A stretch of 47,689 nucleotides of DNA, filler included, from Jimgerdemannia flammicorona (lineage: Eukaryota): NCBI GenBank assembly GCA_003990765.1. It is 2 parts of 2 records of this genome, joined end to end, with 100 filler letters (N's around TTAATTAATTAA, not from the genome) between each part and the next. Parts side by side here need not be neighbours in the genome. Positions count along the whole stretch, not along the records: positions 23,897 to 47,689 come from RBNJ01001065.1; 1 more part is not named here. One strand, written 5' to 3'. Below are positions 35,022 through 47,689 of this stretch, one piece after another. The translations under genes were made by a program, and so were the position numbers. A model generated the notes under the pieces. The model saw nothing but the letters and a program-made list of their open reading frames with translations, was not told the DNA's origin and made no database searches. Every line of letters starts with the position of its first letter. Position 1 is the stretch's first letter.

Positions 35022-38000
35022 GAACCCAGGTGATCCTATCTCTGATAAGTCTCCCACTAACAAAGCCCCACTACTCCTCACCTAGCACTTGTTAGGCAAT
35101 TCTTTGTAGCCTCACTATAATCACCTTAGTAACCATCTTTCTGTCTATGTCCAGAAGCATAATCAGTCTTCAGTTTTTCCAATCCTCTCTTCTCTCTTTG
35201 TCCTTATACAATAGGGCCACCAGCCCTAAGTCCTGCCCTCCTACCCACTATCCATTCAGAAGAATAATGTCACAGATGGCCACTATCTCTCCTAATACTC
35301 CTAGGACTCTCACCATCTTCTTCCAAAAGTCCCAAGGTAGACCACCCTCTCCTGGCACTGTTCCAAGCTTAGTTGCTGCAAGAACTCTCTGGATTTCCTC
35401 CTCTTGTACTAGTGAAATCAAATCTCTCAGGCCCTCTACTTGTGGTGGTTCCCAGTCTTCCAGAGTATTCCCAATCATCTCTGCATCAGTACCCCCTTAC
35501 TCCTTACTCCACAGTCCCCTCCACTGCTCCTTCAGCAATCCCAAGATCTGTTGGGTACTATGCACCATTTCTCCCTCTGCATTGAGTACTCCATCCTATC
35601 TAGTGCTCCTAACAAGTCAATTTAATCCGGATTGGATTCGGATTGATTCGGATTGAATCCCATCCAGATCAACTCAGATGGGATTCGAATCCCATCTGGA
35701 TCAACTCGGATGGGATTCGAATCCCATCCGGATGGATTCGAATCCCATCCAGATGGATTCGAATCAACCATTGTTTTGATTTCCAAATTAGACAATTAAA
35801 TGTTTACATCAATAACTCGATGAATAATCATCCAAATTTAATGATCTTGATGTCATTTAAAAGCCCTTAATAAGGCCTATCTAATGATACCAAGAACATT
35901 GAAATCGGATCATGAATTGCTGAGTTATGAAGGAAGCCATCTGAATTGCCGATTTTGGAAATTCTTCGATTTGCCGATTTTGGAAATTTCGTCAAATAGA
36001 ACGTTTTTCTTAATATCTTGGTAACGCGTAATCTGATTTTAATGTTCTTGGTATCATTAGAAAGGCCTTATTAAGGGCTTTCAAATGACACCATGATCAT
36101 CAAATTTGGATGATTATTCATCGAGTTATTGATGTAAACATTTAATTGTCTAATTTGGAAATCAAAACAATGGTTAATTCGAATCCATCCAGATGGGATT
36201 CGAATCCCATCCGAGTTGATCCAGATGGGATTCGAATCCAATCCGAGTTGATCCGGATGGGATTCGAATCCAATCCGAGTTGATCCGGATTGACTTGTTC
36301 AGAGCACTAATCCTATCAATGTGGTACTCTCCTAGCCTGGAGAAGTCTTGATAAATATCTAGTGGGCCTCTCCCTCTCCTCCAGCCCCTGCCACCTCAAC
36401 CTAGTTACTATTCCTTTCATCTGGACCTCCTCTTCCCCTCTCAGCACCTGCTGTAGCTCCACCACTTCAAGCTTGGCTCGCTCTAGCCACCAATCATCCA
36501 GCTCTCAGAGTTTATCAAATTGGCCCATTTCATATACAATCTAACCAGCCTATTAGAGACACACCTCACTCTCTTTCTTCTCTGCCTCCCAGCATCTCTA
36601 CCAGCCCCTCCCCAGTATACCTTTATATTCTCTTTCAACTTCATCTACCAGACATCCACTGGTAGACTCTCATATACCCAACAGACAATCTTCTCTTGAA
36701 TATCCTTTGCCTAATGGTCCCACAGCCCCTTTTCAGCCAGAAGGGAGGAGTTAAGGCACCAATGTCCAGGTCCATCTCTACTTCTCCCAAACTGCCCCTG
36801 TCCTAACAATTCCCAGTAATCTGACCATGGACACCACTCTACCTCCAGAGACCTCCAAACATCTATGCTCTAGCATTCAGCTGTCAATATCCAGTCAATC
36901 CTTGTACCAAGTCCATTCACCCAGTATGTATAGATCCTCTTTTCTCTCCACTGTATTCTGCCCACATCTCCCAGAGAGCTAATATTCTCCACCTCCTCCC
37001 ATACATCCAAGCTACCACTCCTTCTACCAGCACTCCTCCCACTATTAGTTCTATCTAACTAAAGATCCCATACCATATTGAAGTCACTCCCCAGAACATC
37101 TACCCTATTCTCCAAGAATGTGCCCTCCTCCAAGAGACCCTTGATTCATAATCTACTCACCCCTAGCCATAGAGTAGTAGCAAGAGCCTACTCTCACTGG
37201 CTCTCACCCTGGTCGATGCCATTCCCCCCATACTAAATAGTCTCCCTAGCTCCTAATTTCACCCAGATCTCCCTTACTACTCTGCACCAAAACTGCCACT
37301 TTATCTACCTAAGCTATAGCCCCTCTCCATTTCTTAGTTCACTCTACTTGATCTACCTCATTCTCACAATGTACATCCTGCAGCAAAAAGAGATTGGTCT
37401 CCAATCCCTTAAGTCAAGTGAAAATATTTTTATGCCACTCAGAGTCTTGTAAACCATTCACATTTAGAGAAAAAATGTTAGTTATACTATTCATTGAGAA
37501 TAATGTTTAGAAGTTCTGCTCCTCCTCTACAAGTCTACATTCATCCCCTCTCTTGCCAAGTCTAAGTTATATTCATCATCCACTTCTTCCTCTGCAGCCA
37601 TCTTCACCTCCAATCCCAGCCATCTCTCCATCCTCCTTTTCCTTGAACTCCTCTTGATACTCTAGGCAGGCCTTCTGCTAGAGCTACAATCCATGACACT
37701 CTGCCCAACAATATACAGTCCTCTTACTGATCACAATTGCCAGCTCAGTCTCTCTCTCCTTATCAACCTCATACCCCTCCTCTTCTAGGAAAATTGCAAG
37801 CACCTCAGCCTTCAGCATCTCCACTACTCCATCACTATATAGAATTTGCACTCAGTACTCCTTACTCATCACCCTCAAGTCCACCTCACCCAACTCTTCT
37901 ACTGTAAAGTTGTTCATTATCTTGCTCATCTACAGAAGGTTCCCCACCTCTTTCTCTCCTGGAGATGCTGGCCTTTCTGCACTCAGAATCATTGTATCTG

Positions 38001-39637
38001 CTCCTGCACTTGCAGACTCATCCCACTTCTTCTCTGTCATGTCTACCAGCTCATTCTCACTAACTGCCACCAACTGACTCTCTTTCTTTACATCAGAAAC
38101 CCCAAAATGAATCTGCTGGACACCACACATCAGTACATCCTCTACCACCTGGCTTCTTACAGCAGGACTCCTCCTGATAAAAGGGGGGGGAGTGTCATCC
38201 AAGTCCTATTCCCAGACTTTGAAGGTGCTATCTGCATATAGGTCATTGGGTAGTGACTTCTCAGCTCCCTTCTGACCCTCCTTGATATCCCCCCTCTCCT
38301 TCCCAGTCCAGACACTTGCTTTGGTACCCCCAGCCTCCTCAATACCACCTGCATTCTTCTTCTCCCTACTCTCTAGGCTTGCCAATAACTCTCTCTGCCT
38401 TTTGTGCCCCTGAGCCCTCTCCCACTACTTCTTGTCCATATAGAGATATTTCCCATCCACAATCTCCAAATGTATTGACTCTACAAACATATTTCATACC
38501 TTTACTTGATATTCTACTGCTCCTTCCAGTTCCTCCAATGCTTCCAGAAGGTCCTCCTCCTCCTCCTCCTCAGTCCCCTTCACTCTTGACACCTTACAGA
38601 TAAAAGCCCCCCACATCAGTATAGAAGGCCAGTCACTTATCTTCCCTGTGGCCTCCTTTCCAGCCAGTCTAATCCTGATATCAACATCGCCAGTCCTGAA
38701 CATAGTCCTCTCCTACATCTGAAACCCAATATCCACCACATCTCCATACTCCACCATCACCTCCTCTACCCTCCTCCTAGTCTCCACTATCATCACTGTG
38801 GGCACTCCCTTTACCAGTAACTGAACCACTCTGGGGTCCCATCTTAAGCACTATACCATAGGGACCACCACCTCTCCTACTGTCACTCTAGTCTTCAATG
38901 CCTCCTTCAGTAGTCTTGCCTCCTCAAAGCCCATCTTAACTCCCTCCAAACCCTTCAGAAACTTCACTGAAGTAGCTCCTACTACCTGCTTTGAGATAAT
39001 TTCCAAAACCATCCTAGCCATGACTGCCAGACCCTGGAAGCACAAGGTTATTGTAAACTCTGAGATCAACTTCTTGAGTAACAGTACCACTGCCAGCCCC
39101 ATTACACCATCAGCTAGGTCCCCCTTCCTCTTTGGGCCCATCTGCCCAGCCACCCCATCAATAGTTACATCTGGATTTTTTTTCCAGATTCTTAGTCATA
39201 CTACTATCAGCAGTCCCACCCCTACTCTCAGCTGCTGCTCCACTAGCCCTTCCCCCTACTGGCTGAGGTCCAGCACCTCCCACTTCTTCTTTCCTCTACT
39301 TTCCCTTCCCCTCCATCTGTCTATCATGAGATCCAACAGGCCATCTACTATTCTTCACTATATCCATAAAGCTCCTCTCCTTCTGCCCTTCTGCTCCTCC
39401 TCCAGTGTTACTACCACTGCCTGAACTGCTCTGCTCACTCAGACTACTGAATGTCCCCATCTCTAATCTATACCCTCATCTGACATGTTGCCAGTTGAAG
39501 GCCCCAGGTCCACCCGACCTAGTATGTATGTCTGTTTGCTTACTGGTTGCCATAACCTTAGTATCTTTCTCCAATAAACTGGTCAAAAAGTGTTTGCTGA
39601 AGTTTATATTATATGAGTGATAGTGGAGAAAGGTAGT
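35022..39637 (-). mobile_element. Decayed L1/Tx1-like LINE: ORF1 (about 39552-37500) and ORF2 APE-RT (from 37494), broken within RT
   Basis: ORF2 start MNSITNIFSLNVNGL..LFLLQDVH (APE); RT N-terminus GTVPGEGGLPWDFWK..ALLYKDK..KN*RLIMLLDIDRKM..GFVSGRLIRDRI. ORF1 is homologous to 46122-47689. Confidence 0.88.
35601..36309. mobile_element. Non-autonomous hAT-type palindromic MITE, copy 2 (young), inserted in LINE ORF2
   Basis: TIRs TAGTGCTC..GAGCACTA; perfect 8-bp TSD ATCCTATC (35593-35600, 36310-36317); inverted arms of about 300 bp; subterminal palindromic repeats GATGGGATTCGAATCCCATC. Confidence 0.95.
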
Positions 39638-39639
39638 TG

Positions 39640-42600
39640 GTGAACTGGGATTACAATGCAGACCTCTAAAGGAATATACATCTGTCTTACTGAGCAAAGC
39701 AACCTAGCTAAAGAATTTAATATTGGGCTAAGAGGAGTAGTTGATTAAGAATTTATTAGTGAAATCTGTATCATCTTATAAAATTTTGGAGACACCTCAT
39801 TTGAAGTCAAAGTAGACCAAAGAATTGTTCAAGTATTATTGAAGAAATCCATTAAGATCTTATTATTAAAGAAGTCTCTGAGCTCTCTCAGACAGACTAT
39901 AGCAAGAAAGGATTTGGATCAACCAACAAACCCTCTAGTCAAAAGATCACTATTATAAAGGAAGATGATAAAAACTAGTATAAGAGAATTGTAGACAGTT
40001 ATATACCATATAGATAATGCTCTTATTCTATTTAAATATACTATAGAATATATTGGTGAATACCATACATGCCTTTTTAAAGTTTTCAAAATTCAATCTG
40101 AGAAGTGCCAAGTCCAATAGACTAAGGAATCTAAATAAGACCACCCTCCTTATAAAGGATGGGGAGAAACTGACTTCAAAGAGACTAATAGCAATTGGGA
40201 TAATAATAAGGATAAAGAACTCAACACCATCAAGAAGGAGGACAGTTGCATTAAGTTTATAGATCAAGTTCACAGACAGAATATCAATATCTTACTAGAT
40301 AATAGTATTACTGAAAATTATCAGCACCAAGACTGTCAAGAGGATTGGAGTCTGAAGTAGACCAACTACTGAGAAAAGGAGTATTACCTTTAGTGATGGC
40401 AAGACTGCATTATTGACCAAGATTTGTAAAGACATATTGCTCAGAATTGGCAAATATTAAGAGAAGTTGAACTTCAGTATCATAGATCTTTCAGGATAAG
40501 ACATTATCCTAGAAAAAGCCTAGTTGACTCAGTACAATCCAGATATCAATTGGAGGATCAACAAGGTTAACCTGACTCATGAAAGCAGAAAGATCACCCT
40601 GATACTCCAGAAAGATACCAATTATCAAGGAATTGAAATTATCTCTATCATTCAAATGAAGAGACTCTTCTGCAAAAAAGAAAACACCTACTTCATCTGT
40701 ACTATACAAGAAGTCACTAAAGCTTCAAGTAGCCCAATTTCATCAGAAGCTCAAGAACTGTTTGAGGAATTCCAAGATATATTTCAGAATCTGAACCTTC
40801 ATAAGAGTATCTACTAGCTGACCCAATCTGAACTCAAGACTCTCAAGGATGAGTTAACCAAACTATTGGCCCAAGGATATATTGAACCCAGCTGCTCTCT
40901 ATTTGCATTCTGTTTGTCAAGAAGAAGGATGACTCTTTGTAAATATGCATTGACTATAGAGCTCTCAACAAGATCACCATCAAGAACTAGTATATCTTAT
41001 CTAGGATTAATGAGTTATTACACCAGATCTTTAAGACAAAGACCTTTTCTATACTAGACTTATGAAATGACTATCACCAGATCTTCATTGATGAGAAGAA
41101 CATTGAGAAGACAGCTTTCTGAACATAGTTTGAACACTATCAGTTCTGAGTTATACCCTTTGGTTGGACCAATATATCAGCAATATTCCAGTATCTGATA
41201 AATGACATCTTTAGACTACTGCTCAATATTTGTATCCTTATATATATTAATAATATACTAATCTACAGTAAAACAGTAGAGCTATACTACACCTATCTCA
41301 GATAGATACTGACCCTTCTACAAGAACACTAGCTCTATGTCAAGATAAGTAAGTATAAGTTCTATTAAAACTAGATCAAGTATCTAGAACATATCATCTC
41401 TACTGAAGGTATCAATATAGACCCCTGAAAGGTATCAGCCCTCAAGAGTATTCCTATCTCCACTACCCTTAAGCTACTCTAGCACTTTCTGGGTATTACT
41501 GGTTAATACTGAAGATTCATCTAAGAATACTCTGCTATCACAGCTCTACTAATCAGCCTAGTCTATAAAGGAGTGAACATCAAGACTGAATAGACTCCTG
41601 AGTATACTCAGGCTATGGACCATCTCAAGAGACTCCTTACTGAGGCTTCAGTACTAATTACACCTGATCTTACCAGATCATTTACTCTGACCACAGATGT
41701 CTCTGATATTGCTATTGAGGCAGTGCTCAGCCAAAAAGATCACCCAGTAACCTACCTTTTCCAAAAGCTCAAGCCAGCTAAGACTCAGTATATTATCCAT
41801 GAGAAGGAACTCCTGACTATTATCACTACACTTCAGGAATATCATCATTTCCTCCTAGAATAACTATTTGTAGCCTACACTGATCACTATACTCTATAGT
41901 ACATTCATACATAACTCATACTGACCCATAGACAAGTCTGTTAGATGGAAATCATTATCAATTTTGATATAAAAATCAAATATATCTCAGACAAAACCAA
42001 CTATATGGCTGATGGTTTCTCTAGATATATAGAAGATGAACTTGTCTTCATGGTTGAGATAATTGGAGACCTTACTCAGATGATTAAGAATGGCTACCAA
42101 TAGGACAGCTCTCTGGTAAAATTCCTTCAAATCTGCTAAGACCCAGAGACTGAGATCCCAGAACTAGTACTTCCAAAATAAATATTTGTATCAATTCTAA
42201 GTGGATATATATAGTATTTGAATTGAATTAATTTGATTCAATTCAAATATTATTTTGATTTCCAAATTAGGATACAAATGTTTTCCTCAATATCTCTATG
42301 AGGTTTTATCTAATTTCAGTGATCTTGGTAATAGAGAGCTTTTCAAGAACACTAGTTTTATCAAAATTGAATTAAAACTCGTGGAGTTATTGAGGAAAAC
42401 ATTTGTATCCTAATTTGGAAATCAAACCAATGTTTGAATTGAATTGAATTAATTCAATTTGAATACCATATATATCTACTTCAAATTGATTCAAATATTC
42501 ATTTTGGGAGCACTACTCAGAATCCATGAGGCAAATGTCCAAAAGATTCTCTTACTGTAATAGACTCATTTATAGAAATTATGATAGAGTAGTTATACCC

Positions 42601-45600
42601 AATAATAATACTCTATGGCTCAAGATCATGCAAGGAACTCCATGATACTCTCATAGTAGGATACTTTGATTTTGAAAAGATCTACAATCTTCTCTCAAGA
42701 GAGTTCTATTAGCCAAAGATGACTAAGGATATCAAAGATTTTGTGGTCTTATATAAGATATATTAAAGGTTCAAAAGTGGTAATAAGCTACCTACAGAAC
42801 TTCTGCAACTCCTATCTATCCCAAGTTATAACTGGAAACAGATTACAATAGACTTTATTGTCCAGCTCCTCAAGACTAAGACAGGATAGGATGCCATTAT
42901 AGTATTTGTGGACTATCTAAGTAAACAAGCCCATTTTGTACTCACTAAGACCATTACTACAGTATTAGAGATTGCCAAGATCTTTCTCAACTAAGTATTC
43001 AAACTATATAGCATATTAGCATCATTGTATCTGACTGGGATGTGAAGTTTATAAGCAATTTCTAGAAGGTATTTTTCTCCCTTCATAGAACTAAGCTAAA
43101 GTTTTTCACTGTCTACCACCCCCAGACTGATGGTCAGACTGAGTAAACTAATAGGACCCTTAAGCAGATACTTAGTATCTTCTGCTATTACAAGCAAAAT
43201 AATTGAGACAAATACCTAGCTCATGTCAAGTTTACCTACAATAATAGCCAGCAAACCTCTATGAAAAAGACCTCATTTTTTCTGAACCATAGTCAATACC
43301 CAAGGACTCTGAGTACTACTGCAAAATCAGTAGTCCCAGCAGCCCAAGATTTGGCTAAGACTATTTCTGACCTTATATAAATAATAAGAGATGCTCTTAT
43401 AGAAGTACAGGACTATCAGACTAAGTATGCAAACTTGAAGTGAAGAGAAGTCTTCTACAATATTAGTGACATAGTTATGCTTAGAACAGACTATCTCTAT
43501 CTAGATACCCTGGTACAACAACTAGCCAAAAAACTCTATACTAGAAGAATTAGACTATATAAGATTGTAAAAAAAGTCAGCAAAGTTAACTATAAGTTGC
43601 AACTTCTCTATATTATCTAAGTTCATCTAGTATTCCATATTAGTCAATTAGTAGACTACCATGAGAACCTATTTCCTAAGCATACAGTTCTACTACTATC
43701 TCTAATTAGGATCAATAATCATAAGAAATTCGAAATTGAGAAAGTACTTGACTGCAAAGTTCATAAATATGCCAAAACAGTTAAGTGGTTTTTACTTGTC
43801 AAGTGAAAGGGTTACCTCACCCATAATACTATCTGGAAAAAAGAAGAAGCTCTGGAGAATATACTTGAAGCCCTCTAGAACTACATAGAAATACTTACTC
43901 CCCAGCAGAGAAAGAAACTGTAGCTCTAAAACTTAGAGTATATAATAAAGAAAGAAGATACTATATATTTATCTGGAATATATAATATCAAATATTGTGG
44001 AAAAAAGGAATACTATAATTAATCAACAAGAAGATACTCAGGCAAAGAATAACCCAGCAAGATGTAGCAAAATATATTTGAATAATTCTATTTTATACTA
44101 TCTGTATCATCTCTACTAGATGATGATAGATACTTCACATAGAACTTAAAAAAGCCAATGATGTCAAAATTAATCTAAGTCTATCCACATAACAGATATT
44201 ATTACTAGAAATTACCTCAGATTACAAGAAATACTATTTCTGAGAGGTTTAAACCTCCAGCCATGATAATGGGAACCCTCACTCTAGATAAGAATGGTCA
44301 GTCCTCACAAATGTGCCAATAAGACAAAAAAAAAATGAACTAAGATCTGTCAACCCTGTGTAACTATAACCACAAGATGGTAATATCTTTGAAATTAGAA
44401 TTTTCTCATATGATAAGTATATATCTTACTTATAGTAATAGGTTATATATCTTCACTAGAAAATGTGATTGAATTGAAGTTATATCAAACAGATGAATAA
44501 GTATAAGTACCCAGGGCAAGAATACACTACAACTCTTACCCTTCTCTCTTCTCTCCAAAAAAAAGACAAGACAAGAATATCTGCTACTTACTGCCAAATA
44601 GTCAATTCCTCTCAAGCCAGATTGACTGCCTCTTTGGACATATCCAGATTACTATCCAAGGAAGGAACCACCACTCTGAGGCCCTTAACCTCTTTAGCCA
44701 GGACCTAGAACAGTATGTCCTTAACTGCTGTGAACTCATTGAGAGGGCCTACCTTGCTACCAGCTGCCTAGAATTTGATATGAATATGAAATTGGCCATC
44801 AACTCCTTCAACATACAAATAGCCTACCCACTGACCAGGTCTCAGACTGGACTAACCTAGATAACATAAGTAAAGACTAGTCAAGAAGATCCATCAAATT
44901 ATATACTATATACTCTTTGCAATCTCCAACCTCAACTATGTATAACTGAAGGACCTCCAGAACCTCTCCTTCTCTGAGATTGATGAGCTAGAGATCAAGG
45001 TAGCCCAAGAAGCCAACTTCTGGATTACCCTCAAGTCTACTGACATCAAACTCTACTAGAGCCCCCTCCTAAATGACAACTCAGACTAATGGCTTTAAGG
45101 TCTCTCTGATCTCTTTGAAGGACTGCCCATCTGAATGGATATCTCTAGATATGAAGATCAAGAACTCTACTTAGATGATCCCAACTATATTAGATAGAGA
45201 ACTCCTACTTCAATATCCATATCAGTTTAAGAACTATTTGTAGACCTTATTGACTTCTCTATCCTGGATATTAAGCCATCAGCAACTACTCCTCCAGCTA
45301 CTGAAGGAGATAACAATAATACTGAGGAAGATTCTCCACCTTTCTCTCTCTTAGTTCTCAATTTCTGAATCAACAAGAATGTTGATTTTTAAGAGAGAAA
45401 GGATATAATAGAACAGATGTGACATATAATGAATGAGTGAACAGATAAGATATGATATATAACAAGAGATCATATAACTCAGTGATGATATTATAATTAA
45501 GTGTAATATATGTACAATATATAAATGATACAAATGATATAAAAATAATATTCAATTTATCTCCAGCAATCAGTACTACAGCAACTATTGCCATAGCAGC

Positions 45601-46000
45601 TAATCATTACCTAGTAATTGAGGTCCTGATTATAAAGTATTTTTGATCACAAACTACCTGACAAAGGTTATAATTACAAATCTCACCATAGTTACCAAAT
45701 TAGTCACTTATATTTAGTCAGAAATTGCAGACCAACTTATATAAATACCCCCTAGTTTCTATCTGAAATAAAGTAGTTTAGTTTAATCCTTGATATAAGA
45801 ATCAAGTTTTTTTCCATATATATACATTCTTCTGAGTCTTAGTAATAATACCTAAGTAACTCTAGTATTTCTAACTATACTTTAGAAGTCTAACTAACTT
45901 CTGCCAGAACTGAGACCAATATATAAATCACAAAAAATTTAAGTAAACCCATTGAACTTGAATTCTAAGATGAATTTAGTCTATATATAGTAAAGAATAA
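39640..46000 (+). mobile_element. Decayed Ty3/gypsy chromovirus (gag-PR-RT-RH-IN-chromodomain)
   Basis: PR end DIILEKA*LTQYNPDINW (about 40500-40555); RT VKKKDDSL*ICIDYRALNKITIKN (about 40915-40990); RH TTDVSDIAIEAVLSQ and HEKELL (41690-41820); IN WKQITIDFIVQL, VFVDYLSK, YHPQTDGQTE (42830-43145); chromodomain FEIEKVLD..LVK*KGY..TIW (43730-43860). The 3' limit and LTR are approximate. Confidence 0.9.
42165..42515. mobile_element. hAT-type palindromic MITE (related subfamily) inserted between RNase H and integrase
   Basis: TAGTACTTCCAAAATAAATATTTG ... CAAATATTCATTTTGGGAGCACTA; TSD CCCAGAAC / CTCAGAAT (two C>T changes). Shares TTTTGATTTCCAAATTAG with copy 2. Confidence 0.85.
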
Positions 46001-46035
46001 GTCTCTTACAACCAAGATTGATAAGAAGGACACTA

Positions 46036-47689
46036 CTACAAAACTCTCTCCACTACAATTCATGTTACACACGCTTTTCAACACACTTTCGCAGCATTTA
46101 TTGGAGAAAGATACTAAGGCAATGTCAACCAGCAAACAAGCTGACGTGCGTACTAGGTCAGGTGGACCTGGGGCATTCGACTGGCAGACTGTCGGGCAAG
46201 GGTATGGTTTGGGGATGGGGTCTTTCGGTGGCTCGAGTGGGCAGGGTGGCTCAGGCGGTGGAAGTGGCACTGGTGAGGGGGCTGGAGGGAAGCAGGGGAG
46301 GAGCTTTGCGGACACGCTGAGGGGTGGGGGCTGGCCATTGGGCACTCGTGGTGGACCGGCGGGAGGAAAGAGAAAGCAGAAGGATGGAACCGCTGGGGGA
46401 GCTGGACCTTCGCTGGGGGGAGGTGGGGGAAGTGGAGGGATGGCTGAGGGTAGGGGTGGGACTGCTGATGGTGGCGTGACGGCGAATCTGGAGAAAAAAA
46501 GAGATGTGACGGTTGATGGCCAGGGGGGGCAGGGGCTCCCGATGCGGAAGGGGGACCTGGCTGATGGTGTAATGGGACTGGCAGTGGCCCCGTTGCTCAA
46601 GAAGTCTATCTCGGAGTTCGCGGCTACCTTGTGCTTCCGGGGCTTGGCGGTGACGGCGAGGATGGTCCTGGGGCTTATCTCGAAGCAGGTGGCTGGGGCG
46701 GCCTCGGTGAAGTTCTTGAAGGGCATGGAGGGGGTTGAGGTGGGCTTTGAGGAGGCAGGCCTACTGGACGAGGCCATGAAGATGGGCGTGGTGGTTGGGG
46801 AGGTGGTGGTCCCCATGGTGAGGTGCTTGAGGTGGGACCCCAGAGTGGTGCAGCTTCTGGTGAGGGGGGTGCCCACAGTGACTAAGGAGGAGACGAGGAG
46901 GAGGGTGGAGGGGGTGATGGTTGAGTATGGGGACGTGGTGGACATCGGTTTTCAGTTGTGGGAGGGGACCACTTTTAGGACAGGTGACGTTGATGTCAGG
47001 ATTTGGTTGGCAGAGAAGGAGGCCACAGGGAAGTCGAGTGATTGGCCCTCAGTACTGATGTGGGGGGCTATCATCTGCAAGGTGTCAAGGGTGAAGGGGA
47101 GTGAAGAGGAGGAGGAGGACTTGCTGGAGGCACTGGAAGAATTGGGTGGTGCTGTGGAGAGAAGGGCGAAGGCCTGGAGAATGTATGAGGAGTCGACGCA
47201 TTTGGAGGTTGTGGGCGGGAGGCGTATCCATATAAGTAAGAGGCAGTGGGAGTGGATTCAGGGGCGCAAGAAGCAGAAGGAGATGTTGGCAGGTATGACT
47301 GGTGGGGGGAAGCAGACGTCAGGTGAGGCTGTGGAGGCTGGAGGCGCTGAGGCCAGTGTCTGGGCGGGTCAAGGGAAGGAGGAGGTGGAGGCGCCGGAGG
47401 CGGGGGCTAAGAAAGGGCAGGACCGGGACCTGTTTGCCGATGGTACTCTTGAAGTGTGGGAGTCAGATTTGGATGCCACCCCGCCCCCACTCATCAGGAG
47501 GGGCCCAGTGGGGAAGCGAGGGAGGACAGAGGACACATGGATGCAGGGGGCCCAGCAGGTGCGATTTGGGGTCCCTGATATGGCTCAGGGGGGTCAGGTG
47601 GTAGCTGTCAGCGAGGATGAGCTGGTGGATGTCCCTGAGGAGGAGTGGGATGAGGCTGCTAGTGTAGGGGCTGATACCACGATGTTGGA
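46036..47689 (+). mobile_element. 5' end of a younger copy of the same LINE family
   Basis: 5' UTR TTTATTGGAGAAAGATACTAAGG and ORF1 match the reverse complement of about 37950-39637; many CpGs retained. Confidence 0.88.
46122..47689 (+). CDS. LINE ORF1 protein (Gly-rich N-terminus, RRM-like core), open to the window end
   Basis: MSTSKQADVRTRSGG...QLLVRGVPT..VMVEYGDVVDIGFQLWEGTTFRTGDVDVRI...; I found no stop before 47689, which explains its absence from the ORF track. Confidence 0.8.
   Translation, partial: MSTSKQADVRTRSGGPGAFDWQTVGQGYGLGMGSFGGSSGQGGSGGGSGTGEGAGGKQGRSFADTLRGGGWPLGTRGGPAGGKRKQKDGTAGGAGPSLGGGGGSGGMAEGRGGTADGGVTANLEKKRDVTVDGQGGQGLPMRKGDLADGVMGLAVAPLLKKSISEFAATLCFRGLAVTARMVLGLISKQVAGAASVKFLKGMEGVEVGFEEAGLLDEAMKMGVVVGEVVVPMVRCLRWDPRVVQLLVRGVPTVTKEETRRRVEGVMVEYGDVVDIGFQLWEGTTFRTGDVDVRIWLAEKEATGKSSDWPSVLMWGAIICKVSRVKGSEEEEEDLLEALEELGGAVERRAKAWRMYEESTHLEVVGGRRIHISKRQWEWIQGRKKQKEMLAGMTGGGKQTSGEAVEAGGAEASVWAGQGKEEVEAPEAGAKKGQDRDLFADGTLEVWESDLDATPPPLIRRGPVGKRGRTEDTWMQGAQQVRFGVPDMAQGGQVVAVSEDELVDVPEEEWDEAASVGADTTML

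Noticed and set aside
31700..35050. Hammerhead ribozyme expected near the PLE
   Set aside because: No CTGANGA...GAAA core with supporting stems found by eye; CTGATGA near 34644 lacks the rest.
35640..36290. Short palindromic repeats GATGGGATTCGAATCCCATC resembling a CRISPR array
   Set aside because: No unique spacers of regular length, no cas genes, eukaryotic context; they are MITE subterminal repeats.
45965..46945. 326-aa Pro/Ser/Thr-rich minus-strand ORF
   Set aside because: Antisense of the G-rich LINE ORF1 on the plus strand.

Overview
Eukaryotic, intron-rich DNA, most likely an early-diverging fungus (Mucoromycota-like; inferred from intron style, gene families and TE content). CpG-rich gene islands sit among CpG-depleted, decayed transposons. 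An artificial N44-TTAATTAATTAA-N44 linker at 23797-23896 splits the window into two contigs. The main find is a minus-strand gene (13982->4751) that I spliced by hand through 29 GT-AG exons, in frame, to roughly 2,200 aa. Its domain order is UBZ zinc finger, 2x4 RRM-like domains (a 1.44 kb intragenic duplication), bacterial-type PARG (TIGR02452/DUF2263, intact GGG-x7-QEE), 10 PBZ-like fingers, a putative DarT-like ADP-ribosyltransferase fold, an unassigned beta-rich domain and 5 more PBZ-like fingers. It is a candidate all-in-one ADP-ribose writer/reader/eraser. Other genes are a BTB-SPRY protein, the 3' part of cystathionine beta-lyase and a USP48-type deubiquitinase with a C-terminal NZF. 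TEs are a decayed Ty3/gypsy with a dUTPase between gag and protease, a Ty1/copia, a chromovirus, a Penelope-like RT, two copies of one L1-like LINE and up to five palindromic hAT-type MITEs with 8-bp TSDs. Exon and TE boundaries were read by eye and are approximate unless stated.
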